Shown here one piece after another: positions 10,954-19,645 of a stretch of 64,000 bases of DNA. Position numbers and translations under genes: made by a program. The notes under the pieces were generated by a model. The model saw only the letters and a program-made list of their open reading frames with translations. It did no database searches and was not told where the DNA came from. This DNA comes from an uncultured Alphaproteobacteria bacterium (GTDB taxonomy: Bacteria > Pseudomonadota > Alphaproteobacteria > RF32 > CAG-239). Positions within the stretch are counted from its first letter, which is position 1, and each line of letters begins with the position of its first letter. The DNA is taken from positions 73,288 to 137,287 of the forward strand of contig CALXVZ010000002.1 in assembly GCA_944392235.1 (NCBI GenBank), given 5' to 3'.

Positions 10954-11523
10954 ATGAAAAGAAAATTGTCAAAAATATACACATATTGTCTGAGTATTGC
11001 GCTAGTAAATTCAATATACACAGCGATTCCTAACGTATACGCTAAAGATGAAGCCTCTACAAATCTTTCTCAAGACACATGGATAACATCTTCAAGCAAA
11101 ACAACCATTAAAGTTATAGATGGAGACAGTTTGGAAATAGGAAAGAGACGAATACGCCTGATGGGAATAGACGCTCCAGAATACAATCAAACGTGTAAAA
11201 ATGCTAAACAAGAAATATATGCATGCGGAAAGCGTTCGATGGAATATTTAGAAGAATTACTCACGAAGAACAATTTAAGATGCAAAGTCCACAAGCAAGA
11301 CAAATACAAAAGGGATTTATGCACCTGCTACACAGACAACAAGGACATAAACGCTCAAATGATAAAGAGTGGCAATGCTATAGTTTATCTAGAAAGCGCC
11401 TACCACAAAGAGCAAGATTACGCCAAAGAGCACCGACAAGGAATATGGTCAGGAAGTTTTATTCACCCACGTTTATTTAGACTTTTAGAAGAAAAAGCAA
11501 AGAAAAAAAATCAAATTATTTAA
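10954..11523 (+). CDS. secreted thermonuclease (SNase-like)
   Basis: N-terminal signal peptide. Staphylococcal nuclease motifs IDGDSLEIG...RIRLMGIDAPE. Confidence 0.75.
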   Translation: MKRKLSKIYTYCLSIALVNSIYTAIPNVYAKDEASTNLSQDTWITSSSKTTIKVIDGDSLEIGKRRIRLMGIDAPEYNQTCKNAKQEIYACGKRSMEYLEELLTKNNLRCKVHKQDKYKRDLCTCYTDNKDINAQMIKSGNAIVYLESAYHKEQDYAKEHRQGIWSGSFIHPRLFRLLEEKAKKKNQII

Positions 11524-11616
11524 ATTAGACATCAGATTCCTATTGACTCCTAAAAAAAGTTCTGTATATTGCACAAAAAAGTTATGTTTAAATTTCGAAA
11601 AAACAGGTGATTTAAA

Positions 11617-11916
11617 ATGTATGCAGTAATAAAGACAGGCGGAAAGCAATATAAAGTATCGTCAAATGACGTTATCAAAATTGAAAAAATTGCTGGAGAT
11701 GCCGGAAGTGAAGTAATTTTTAATGAAGTATTAGCAATGGATGACACAATTGGAACTCCATTAGTTGCAGGTGCAAGCGTAAAAGGAACAATTGTTAAAC
11801 AAGCTAAAGATGCAAAAGTTATTGTTTTCAAGAAAAAGAGAAGACAAAACTACCGTCGTAAAAGCGGACACAGACAAAACATCACAATCGTAAAAATAAC
11901 CGATTTGTGCAAATAA
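11617..11916 (+). CDS. rplU: 50S ribosomal protein L21
   Basis: MYAVIKTGGKQYKV... typical L21, followed by rpmA. Confidence 0.95.
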   Translation: MYAVIKTGGKQYKVSSNDVIKIEKIAGDAGSEVIFNEVLAMDDTIGTPLVAGASVKGTIVKQAKDAKVIVFKKKRRQNYRRKSGHRQNITIVKITDLCK

Positions 11917-11934
11917 GAATTAGGAGATTAAGAA

Positions 11935-12192
11935 ATGGCACATAAGAAATCAGGCGGAAGCTCATCAAACGGACGTGATTCTATCGGACGTCGTTTAGGT
12001 GTAAAGAAATTCGGCGGTGAATCTGTAATCTCCGGCAACATTATCATTCGTCAGCGTGGAACAAAATTCCACCCAGGTGAAAATGTTGGCATGGGTAAAG
12101 ACCACACAATTTTCGCAACAGCCGAAGGAAAAGTTGAATTCAAAACAAAAGCAAATGACAGAACATACGTATCTGTAATCCCTGCTGAATAA
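11935..12192 (+). CDS. rpmA: 50S ribosomal protein L27
   Basis: [16 protein letters not shown]...[15 protein letters not shown] typical L27. Confidence 0.95.
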   Translation: MAHKKSGGSSSNGRDSIGRRLGVKKFGGESVISGNIIIRQRGTKFHPGENVGMGKDHTIFATAEGKVEFKTKANDRTYVSVIPAE

Positions 12193-12214
12193 TTCGACAA
12201 GAAAAGAAGAAATA

Positions 12215-12246
12215 ACGGGGATGACAACATCCCCTTTATTTTTCAA
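12215..12246 (+). terminator. rho-independent terminator after rpmA
   Basis: GGGGATGacaacATCCCCtttattttt. Confidence 0.6.
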
Positions 12247-12284
12247 AAAAATATCATATACTGTTTACAAAAGACAGCATCTAG

Positions 12285-13358
<1,074 letters not shown>

Positions 13359-13377
13359 TTAATAAAAGGAAAGATAA

Positions 13378-13722
13378 ATGACGAAAACTGATAAAAGTTT
13401 ACTTGAATTAGTTCAAAAAGTTTTAGATGACAATAAAGCAGAAGATATCGTAACAATAGATTTAAAAGGCAAGACATCTATTGCAAATTACATGGTTATC
13501 GCTAGTGGAACATCAAATCGTCATGTAGCATCTTTAGCAGACAAATTAAAATATGAATTAAAGCAAAATGGCTTTTCTTGTTCATCTGAAGGAGAAGAAA
13601 AAGCAAACTGGGTTCTCATCGATGCATTTGACGTCATCGTTCACATATTCTGCCCAGAAGTAAGAGATTTCTACAATTTGGAAAAAATGTGGGGATCAAT
13701 TGCAGAAATGCGAAAAGCATAA
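13378..13722 (+). CDS. rsfS: ribosomal silencing factor RsfS (Iojap)
   Basis: 114 aa with DIVTIDLKGKTSIANYMVIASGTSNRHVASLADKL. Conserved position after obg. Confidence 0.85.
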   Translation: MTKTDKSLLELVQKVLDDNKAEDIVTIDLKGKTSIANYMVIASGTSNRHVASLADKLKYELKQNGFSCSSEGEEKANWVLIDAFDVIVHIFCPEVRDFYNLEKMWGSIAEMRKA

Positions 13723-13816
13723 GCTTCGATATAAATTTATCGACAAGATCAAAAAAGCACTTGATTTATTATTTCGAAGCGTGTAATTAGGGTGAAGAAA
13801 TAATAAAAAAAGAGAT

Positions 13817-13892
13817 AGGGGTATAGCTCAGTTGGTAGAGCACCGGTCTCCAAAACCGGGTGTCGTGAGTTCGAATCTTACTGCCCCTGCCA
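13817..13892 (+). tRNA. tRNA-Trp (anticodon CCA)
   Basis: Hand-folded cloverleaf: acceptor AGGGGTA/TGCCCCT, D-arm GCTCAGTTGGTAGAGC, anticodon loop CTCCAAA, T-arm GTGAG-TTCGAAT-CTTAC, discriminator G, encoded CCA. Canonical position upstream of secE-nusG. Confidence 0.9.
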
Positions 13893-13926
13893 CTTAAGAT
13901 GAAGACGCTGAAAAGCGTCTTTTTTC
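13884..13926. repeat. direct repeat copy 0 (tRNA-Trp 3' end CCCCTGCCA + CTTAAGATGAAGACGCTGAAAAGCGTCTTTTTT), att-core-like
   Basis: The same ~43 bp recurs at 15081-15122 (identical) and 16031-16072 (3 mismatches). Confidence 0.85.
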
Positions 13927-13930
13927 TTTT
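13901..13930 (+). terminator. rho-independent terminator downstream of tRNA-Trp (part of repeat copy 0)
   Basis: GAAGACGCtgaaaaGCGTCTTTtttcttt: 8-bp stem plus T-run. Confidence 0.6.
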
Positions 13931-13950
13931 TAAATCAATGCGTTATTCAA

Positions 13951-14000
13951 GTCCGTGTAGCGTGTATCAGTTGAGGTTGTCTCCCGCTTTTTACACGGAC
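13951..14000. repeat. cassette-leader inverted repeat GTCCGTGTAG...CTACACGGAC (copy 1)
   Basis: Perfect 9-10 bp arms with a ~32 nt loop. Homologous hairpins lie at the same relative position in cassettes 2 and 3. Confidence 0.7.
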
Positions 14001-14173
14001 TACACAAAATAAAATTCTTTGATTTACAAGAGGTTAATCCAGTATGAATCTGATTTTGTTTTGGGATTTTTGTTCTTTGAATAATAAATTTGCAAAAGAA
14101 AAATAATTGCGATAGACTTCGAAAAATAAGTAATTTAATCTTACAAAAGAGCAGTTCGATTGGGAATTTTGGC

Positions 14174-14641
14174 ATGATATATTTGGTTTATCCTGGATTA
14201 GGAAAAACTTTTTTAGCTAAAAAAGATGTTGGATTTTGTGATATTAATGTTCGCAAATTCAAGGATGCTGACTTTGATAATTATACTTCAAGTTATCGGG
14301 GAACTAAAATTAAAAATATAAATCCAGATTTTCCAAACAATTTACAAAGCTACCTATTGGATAAAATCAAGTTAAACATAATTATTTTAATGGCCTTTAA
14401 GAAAGCAACAATACAGCTCCTTGAGAATATGAAGCTTGATTATGAAATTGTTTTACCCGATGAATCAAAACTTGAAGAATTAAAAGACATCTATAAACAG
14501 CGTGGTGATAGTGATAAGTATATTGAGCAAAATACAACCCATAGGTATAAGGAAACTTTATTTTTAGCCAGACAATCAGGAAAAGTCATTAGGTTTGTTG
14601 CAAAAGGTTTGTGGTTAGAAGATGTTATTATGGAAAAATAG
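14174..14641 (+). CDS. cassette 1 cargo: small P-loop (PGxGKT) kinase-like protein, unknown function
   Basis: YPGLGKTFLAKKD P-loop-like motif near the N-terminus. ~155 aa if ATG 14174 is used (the track alternative is 14090). No further recognisable family. Confidence 0.4.
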   Translation: MIYLVYPGLGKTFLAKKDVGFCDINVRKFKDADFDNYTSSYRGTKIKNINPDFPNNLQSYLLDKIKLNIIILMAFKKATIQLLENMKLDYEIVLPDESKLEELKDIYKQRGDSDKYIEQNTTHRYKETLFLARQSGKVIRFVAKGLWLEDVIMEK

Positions 14642-14756
14642 TTGAGATGAGTTTTACAACCATATTTAATGAAGAAATTGATGTGCTTTGTACTGATTGT
14701 ATGGTCATGGATAATAAAAAGTTTATGGCTTAATTGATTAAAAGGAAAAACAAATA

Positions 14757-15053
14757 ATGAAGGTCATTACAATTTGCGGTTCTTTGAAATTTGAGAAAGA
14801 TATTAAATATTGGGCGGAAAAATTGACCTTAGAGGGAAATTGTGTCTTATCAATTATCTATCCTATCAGTACAGATTTAGGTGTTTATACTTCTGAACAA
14901 CGAAGTTTTTTTGCCGAAGCTCATTACAAAAGAATAGATTTATCTGATGCCCTTTTTGTTGTTAATAAAAATGGATACATCGGCGATAGTACTCAAAAAG
15001 AGATTGAATATGCAAAGGCTCGCGGAAAGGAAGTTATCTTCTTGGAAAATTGA
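14757..15053 (+). CDS. cassette 2 cargo: nucleoside 2-deoxyribosyltransferase-like (Rossmann/SLOG-type) small protein
   Basis: 98 aa. N-terminal MKVITICGSL and C-terminal DALFVVNKNGYIGDSTQKEIEYAKARGKEVIFLE match the D...G..G.T..E..YA...GK.V signature of Nuc_deoxyrib_tr-like proteins. Confidence 0.55.
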   Translation: MKVITICGSLKFEKDIKYWAEKLTLEGNCVLSIIYPISTDLGVYTSEQRSFFAEAHYKRIDLSDALFVVNKNGYIGDSTQKEIEYAKARGKEVIFLEN

Positions 15054-15060
15054 AGAAATA

Positions 15061-15122
15061 GTCCGTATATTGTCCTATATCCCCTGCCACTTAAGATGAA
15101 GACGCTGAAAAGCGTCTTTTTT
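15061..15122. repeat. direct repeat copy 1 (cassette right end TAGTCCGTATATTGTCCTATAT + tRNA-3'-end/terminator core)
   Basis: 15081-15122 is identical to 13884-13925. The preceding 20 bp is shared with copy 2. Confidence 0.85.
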
Positions 15123-15145
15123 ATTATAAATCACAAGTCAGTTTA

Positions 15146-15195
15146 GTCCATGTAAGATATGTTTAATGAAGCCAATTCCCGCTTGTTACACGGAC
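15146..15195. repeat. cassette-leader inverted repeat GTCCATGTAA...TTACACGGAC (copy 2)
   Basis: Arms differ from copy 1 at 2 positions. Same position relative to the core repeat. Confidence 0.65.
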
Positions 15196-15329
15196 TTTCA
15201 TTTCTAAGTTTTTTTATTTTATAAGTGCTTAGCTAAGTGGGAATCCTATTAGGTTTCGGGATATTTTTGTTTTACAATAAAGGATTTTTCATTTACAATA
15301 TATCCTAGTTGAAAAAGGGGAGTTTTAGG

Positions 15330-16001
15330 ATGTCAATCTCAATAGAAGATGCAGAAAATATGGTTGATAATGTAAGGAAAAGGTGGATTGCACTTGGGCG
15401 TAAACCAGAGACCTTATATATGTATGACAATCATATAAAAGGTGCGGCAGTTGTTGCAAAAACAATAGCTACGCATTTGGAAAGCATAAATCCAGAACAA
15501 GCCTATGTTTGCGCTTTTTTACATGATATTGCAAAAATTGATGAATCTCCAGAATCTATGCTTGGGCGCTTTCATGGGATATTAGGATATGAAATGTTAA
15601 AAGATAAAGATTCCGCTGTTGCACGTGCGTGTTTATTACATGAAATTCCTTTAAATAGAATTACAAAATATACAGAAGCAAAATTTTTAGGTAATACAAA
15701 AGATTTTGATTTTGTCGTTGATTTTATCTCCAACACATCTTTAACTGATGAAGATATGCTTATCCAACTTTCAGATAGCATGGCTAATAAATCAAGTATT
15801 GTAACATTGGAACAGCGGCAGGAAGAATATGAGGCAAGATTTAATAAAAAGTTGCCTCCTGAATTTACTGAACCATATTTAGAAATAAAAGCATATTTTG
15901 ATAAAAAATTAGGTTTTAATTTGTATGAGCTGTTTCCAAGCCTTAATCAAAATTCTAGAAATACATATAAAATAGTCACAGAAAATATTAGGTATCGGTA
16001 A
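15330..16001 (+). CDS. cassette 3 cargo: HD-domain phosphohydrolase
   Basis: H...AFLHDIAK HD motif. RBS AAAGGGGA 8 nt upstream of ATG 15330 (the track start is 15309). Confidence 0.6.
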   Translation: MSISIEDAENMVDNVRKRWIALGRKPETLYMYDNHIKGAAVVAKTIATHLESINPEQAYVCAFLHDIAKIDESPESMLGRFHGILGYEMLKDKDSAVARACLLHEIPLNRITKYTEAKFLGNTKDFDFVVDFISNTSLTDEDMLIQLSDSMANKSSIVTLEQRQEEYEARFNKKLPPEFTEPYLEIKAYFDKKLGFNLYELFPSLNQNSRNTYKIVTENIRYR

Positions 16002-16009
16002 ATGAGGTA

Positions 16010-16078
16010 GTCCGTATATTATCCTATAAGCCCTGCCATTCAAGATGAAGACGCTGAAAAGCATCTTTTTTTCTTTTT
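16010..16078. repeat. direct repeat copy 2 (GTCCGTATATTATCCTATAAG + CCCTGCCATTCAAGATGAAGACGCTGAAAAGCATCTTTTTTT), slightly degenerate
   Basis: 3 substitutions relative to copies 0/1; the terminator stem carries one mismatch. Confidence 0.8.
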
Positions 16079-16097
16079 AAATCAATGCGTTATTCAA

Positions 16098-16147
16098 GTC
16101 CATATAGCGTGTATCCATTGAGATTGTTTTTCTCTTGATACACGGAC
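16098..16147. repeat. cassette-leader inverted repeat GTCCATATAG...TACACGGAC (copy 3)
   Basis: The ~95 bp after the repeat (16078-16170) is ~85% identical to 13930-14020. Confidence 0.65.
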
Positions 16148-16315
16148 CGCTCAAAATAAAATTTGTTGTTTTTTAAATAGTTAGCATGGTGAAACCTGAT
16201 TTTGTGGAGTTTATGCTCTAATTTTTTGATAGACTGACAGTCATTATTTATTGACACGATTATTCTTTTGTGCTATATACAATAATGAAGTTTATTCTAT
16301 ATGAGGAGAAATAAA

Positions 16316-16756
16316 ATGACTGAATATATTAAGTATTCAAATGATGAGGAACATGCTAATTTGTTTCTAAAAGTTGAGGATGATAAAGTTGTTGATTCTG
16401 TGAGAGATAAAGTTTATGCCGATAGGTATGGCCATAGTATTACCAGAAATTTGATTGGTATGAATATGGCTGATGTTGAGGAAATAATGAATTATGATGA
16501 TAAAATGTCTGCTCCTCAAAAGATTAGTGTTAAAGAGTTTTTAGAAGCAAAATCTAACTTTTTGAAAATTCAAAAAAAGGAGCATCAAATTGATGTTGCA
16601 AGAGCTAATACAACAAGAATACAAGATACAGGTACAGATAAATTGGCAGAAAAAGAACGAAAATTAAAGCGCAAATTAAATCCTGACCGTTATGAAAGTG
16701 AAGAAGCTATGGTTGACCAAAGAGTAAAAATTGCAAAAAAATATATGACTCGATAG
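16316..16756 (+). CDS. cassette cargo: hypothetical lysine-rich protein, unknown function
   Basis: RBS AGGAG 7 nt upstream of ATG 16316. No recognisable domain. Confidence 0.4.
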   Translation: MTEYIKYSNDEEHANLFLKVEDDKVVDSVRDKVYADRYGHSITRNLIGMNMADVEEIMNYDDKMSAPQKISVKEFLEAKSNFLKIQKKEHQIDVARANTTRIQDTGTDKLAEKERKLKRKLNPDRYESEEAMVDQRVKIAKKYMTR

Positions 16757-16789
16757 ATTTTTGAGCTAATTGTCGTAATTGGTTATTGA

Positions 16790-16878
16790 GCAAAAGGTGA
16801 AGGTTCGAAACCGGCAAGAGAGTTCGATGCTGAGGCTCACGAAAAACACGAAAAAGAAGTTATCTTTTGGGAAAATTA
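16790..16878 (+). pseudogene. decayed 3' fragment of a second deoxyribosyltransferase-like cassette gene
   Basis: Reads AKGEGSKPAREFDAEAHEKHEKEVIFWEN* against the intact GDSTQKEIEYAKARGKEVIFLEN* of the 14757..15053 protein. Preceded by an in-frame stop at 16787. Confidence 0.5.
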
Positions 16879-16894
16879 AAAGTATATGCAGATG

Positions 16895-16930
16895 AAAAAA
16901 CCCGTAGAACAATAGTATCCACGGGTTTTT
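16895..16930. terminator. weak bidirectional hairpin terminator candidate
   Basis: aaaaaaCCCGTagaacaatagtatccACGGGttttt: 5-bp stem, long loop, flanking A/T runs. Confidence 0.3.
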
Positions 16931-17285
16931 GTTAAGTTAATAATTCCAGTTAATTAACACATACAGTCTTTAGGACAAAAAACTCCAAGGATTTGACTGT
17001 ATTCCTAAACTCTTGTTGGTGAACGGATCTTTACATCGAGGAAAATCCATCTAATGCCACTTAGAACTACAATTACTTTCCTCTTTAAGTAATTTAGCAC
17101 TAGAAAGAGTAAATATTGGGGTTCACCATAATCCTGAATTATTTTTAACTGGGATATTACATAAATAGTAAGAGCCAATAAACAAAGCAGGATTAGTATT
17201 CCACAGTAATTCATAAATTATAAGATTTATCGTCACTAAGCTATAAAAATTAAAAATAAAAGTCAATGTTTTATTATTGATAAAA

Positions 17286-17350
17286 GTCCCTGGATTATCC
17301 TATATTCCCTACCAATAAAAAAGGAAGTCTTAAAAGAGACTTCCTTTTTT
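17286..17350. repeat. degenerate 4th copy of the cassette-end/tRNA-core repeat followed by a perfect terminator hairpin
   Basis: GTCCCTGGATTATCCTATATTCCCTACCA versus GTCCGTATATTGTCCTATATCCCCTGCCA, then GGAAGTCTtaaaagAGACTTCCtttttt. Same core+terminator architecture as copies 0-2. Confidence 0.6.
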
Positions 17351-17351
17351 A

Positions 17352-18161
17352 TTATAAAATATCTGTCATCATATTATCCTTTGAAGATTTCAAATTCATC
17401 TCGCTAAAACGTATGACAGATAGTTCTTGCTTAGAGCTTATTTTAAAGGCAATGACTGGATAGATTGTTTTTCCAATTAAATGCCCTACTAAAAAATCTT
17501 CGTTTTCTTGCGGATTTTTCAGCTCACCAGGAAAAAGATGTGTAACATTTAATTCATCATAAAAACGATGCAATGCACATGGATAAATAATATATTTTTT
17601 TCCTGTCTTTTGTGTTAAAAGCCAGATAGGTTCATCATAACTCGTTATTTTTAATTCTATGTTTTTTACTCCTTTAATAACTTCTTTAAAAGGAAAGTTA
17701 TTCAATATATCAGTCGGAGTCAAAAACAAGAGAGGACAATCAGTTCGATGCTCGTAATAACAACTCATCCCTAAAAACTGAGGAAGATAAATTTGTTCTC
17801 TTTTTTCAGAGATTGCAAACTTAGTTACAACGCTTTTACCTTTGATTTGCCACTGACGAAAAACGGAAGTCCACGCATTGGAATTATTTTTTTCTATAAA
17901 ATCATCAATATCAAATCCATTTCCTACATTGACGCTCTCGAGCGAGCAGAATTCATGATTAAATATCAAGTATTTAATATATTCTTTACCTAATATTGTC
18001 ATAGGGATAATCCATTGAGGTGTAACATCTGGAGAAGATGCTCTCAATATAATATCCTGCTCTCTGCATAATTTATATTCCAGTCCCTTTGCTTGAGAGC
18101 AAAGATAACCAACCAACGCTAAAATATCTTTAGCTTCGGTAATAAGTTCTATTGTCTTCAT
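17352..18161 (-). CDS. hypothetical protein (269 aa), island cargo
   Basis: No recognisable motif. Lies immediately downstream of the macro-domain gene on the same strand. Confidence 0.4.
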   Translation of the reverse strand: MKTIELITEAKDILALVGYLCSQAKGLEYKLCREQDIILRASSPDVTPQWIIPMTILGKEYIKYLIFNHEFCSLESVNVGNGFDIDDFIEKNNSNAWTSVFRQWQIKGKSVVTKFAISEKREQIYLPQFLGMSCYYEHRTDCPLLFLTPTDILNNFPFKEVIKGVKNIELKITSYDEPIWLLTQKTGKKYIIYPCALHRFYDELNVTHLFPGELKNPQENEDFLVGHLIGKTIYPVIAFKISSKQELSVIRFSEMNLKSSKDNMMTDIL

Positions 18162-18294
18162 AATATAATATTTTAATAGTTTAACATCATAATTTTATTT
18201 TACCTAAGTATATGGCTTCAAGGTAAAATGTAAAGAATTTATAATAAAAAAGGCTTTCCCTCCAAAGAGAAAGCCTTTCTTCATGTAGATAACA

Positions 18295-18903
18295 CTATTC
18301 AGGCAAGAGTCCCATTCCAATAAGCCATTCAGCTAAATTGATTTTCTTTTCGCCAGTTTCAATTTTAAAATCAAAAGATTGACTAGCTAAAACAGTTTCT
18401 GCCGGAACAGTTGAATTCCGAAAAATAACCAATCTGACCTCTTTCACGCAAGAATCAGGATAACGAGTACTAAACTGATCAATCGCAGAAAAAATCACCC
18501 GAGCAGATTGGTCCTGAGTTAAACGTCCTATAATGCCTGTTCCAAGTTCAGGAATAGCTATTCTACTAAACTTACGTTTATCAGCTTCTTGCAGAACACG
18601 CAAGATAGCCTCAAACACCACTCTGAACTGTTCAGACTTTCCAGCCCCTGCCGTCGCAACATGAGCCAACTGAATATTATTTTTTCCAGAATCTGTAATC
18701 ATAATCTCGCCATATTTTAACGGCTTTTTCTGCACAGCAAATTCGTAACGATCCAATCCTGAACACATTCCGTTTGCTGCTATTGCACCACCAACTCCGC
18801 CATAAGAAGCACCGTTTGTAAACTCCGGAACAACAATACAATCGACATTTTCCATAGCTATGTTACCATTTTTTACGATAACATCAACATTTCTAATCTT
18901 CAT
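18295..18903 (-). CDS. macro-domain (ADP-ribose binding/hydrolase) protein
   Basis: NVDCIVVPEFTNGASYGGVGGAIAANG matches the macro-domain N..A.....GGGV.GAI signature. Start preferred at MKIRNV (18903); the track start is 18978. Confidence 0.55.
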   Translation of the reverse strand: MKIRNVDVIVKNGNIAMENVDCIVVPEFTNGASYGGVGGAIAANGMCSGLDRYEFAVQKKPLKYGEIMITDSGKNNIQLAHVATAGAGKSEQFRVVFEAILRVLQEADKRKFSRIAIPELGTGIIGRLTQDQSARVIFSAIDQFSTRYPDSCVKEVRLVIFRNSTVPAETVLASQSFDFKIETGEKKINLAEWLIGMGLLPE

Positions 18904-19097
18904 AATCTGTAATCTTTTAGTTAGACATAATGATAATTGAACAAAAAGGAGTTTAACACAAAGAATCATCCTTTTCAAGAACTAAAGTAGCATAAATATC
19001 TCTTCGATAAAAATATTGACATTCGTTACTCTAACTATAAGATAAAATTCGATAAATTATAATTTATATATCATTTAACACCTAAAAATATAAGTTT

Positions 19098-19607
19098 ATG
19101 GAAAATTACGTATTATTACATGGCAACCATTACTATAAATGGTGGCATTTTTTTCTAAGAGATTCAGAGAAATATTTCCCCTATCCTATCGTTTACGAAG
19201 ATGGTTTGATAAGCAATTTAAAATCAGACAAAGAAAACAGAAAAGTCTGGGGCTTCATTTACAAGAAGCACATTATTTCTATTTACGCAGAGAAGATGTC
19301 CCCTAAAGAAGCCAGAGAATTCTGTAAGAAAAACATTTTCGCAGGAAAAAACTACTGTATAGTTCCGATAGCGATAATGAAAAAGATCCTACAAAACACT
19401 TCTCTTATCAACTCATTAATTAAGGAGTTAGGAGGAACTCTCATCGAATCTCAATGGTATATGGCTGCAAATGACCGCTGGCTGGATAAAGATTTTATAT
19501 TAGATAAAAAAATGTGCGGAGTTCATCCTCAAATCAAACCAGTAAGAAATTGCTGCTTCATTGATGAAGAAACAAACGCATATTTTTATCCGGCAATTGT
19601 GTTATAA
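19098..19607 (+). CDS. hypothetical protein (169 aa), island cargo
   Basis: No recognisable motif. Confidence 0.4.
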   Translation: MENYVLLHGNHYYKWWHFFLRDSEKYFPYPIVYEDGLISNLKSDKENRKVWGFIYKKHIISIYAEKMSPKEAREFCKKNIFAGKNYCIVPIAIMKKILQNTSLINSLIKELGGTLIESQWYMAANDRWLDKDFILDKKMCGVHPQIKPVRNCCFIDEETNAYFYPAIVL

Positions 19608-19612
19608 TTCGA

Positions 19613-19645
19613 AGGAGGTAAGATAACCATTCTTACCTCCTTTTA
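19613..19645 (+). terminator. rho-independent terminator
   Basis: AGGAGGTAAGataaccattCTTACCTCCTtttt: 10-bp stem. Confidence 0.6.

Noticed and set aside
13930-14175. 81-aa ORF on the minus strand
   Set aside because: It runs across the repeat/hairpin leader and the first cassette gene's 5' region. No RBS. Typical spurious AT-rich ORF.
13884-16078. Three near-identical ~43-bp direct repeats at ~1 kb spacing: could this be a CRISPR array?
   Set aside because: The 'spacers' are ~1 kb and contain full ORFs. The repeat begins with the tRNA-Trp 3' end and is a terminator hairpin. There are no cas genes.
16796-16815. GGTTCGAAACCGG, a T-loop-like string suggesting a tRNA fragment
   Set aside because: No D-arm or anticodon arm can be folded around it. 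It lies inside the decayed deoxyribosyltransferase-like reading frame (16790..16878).
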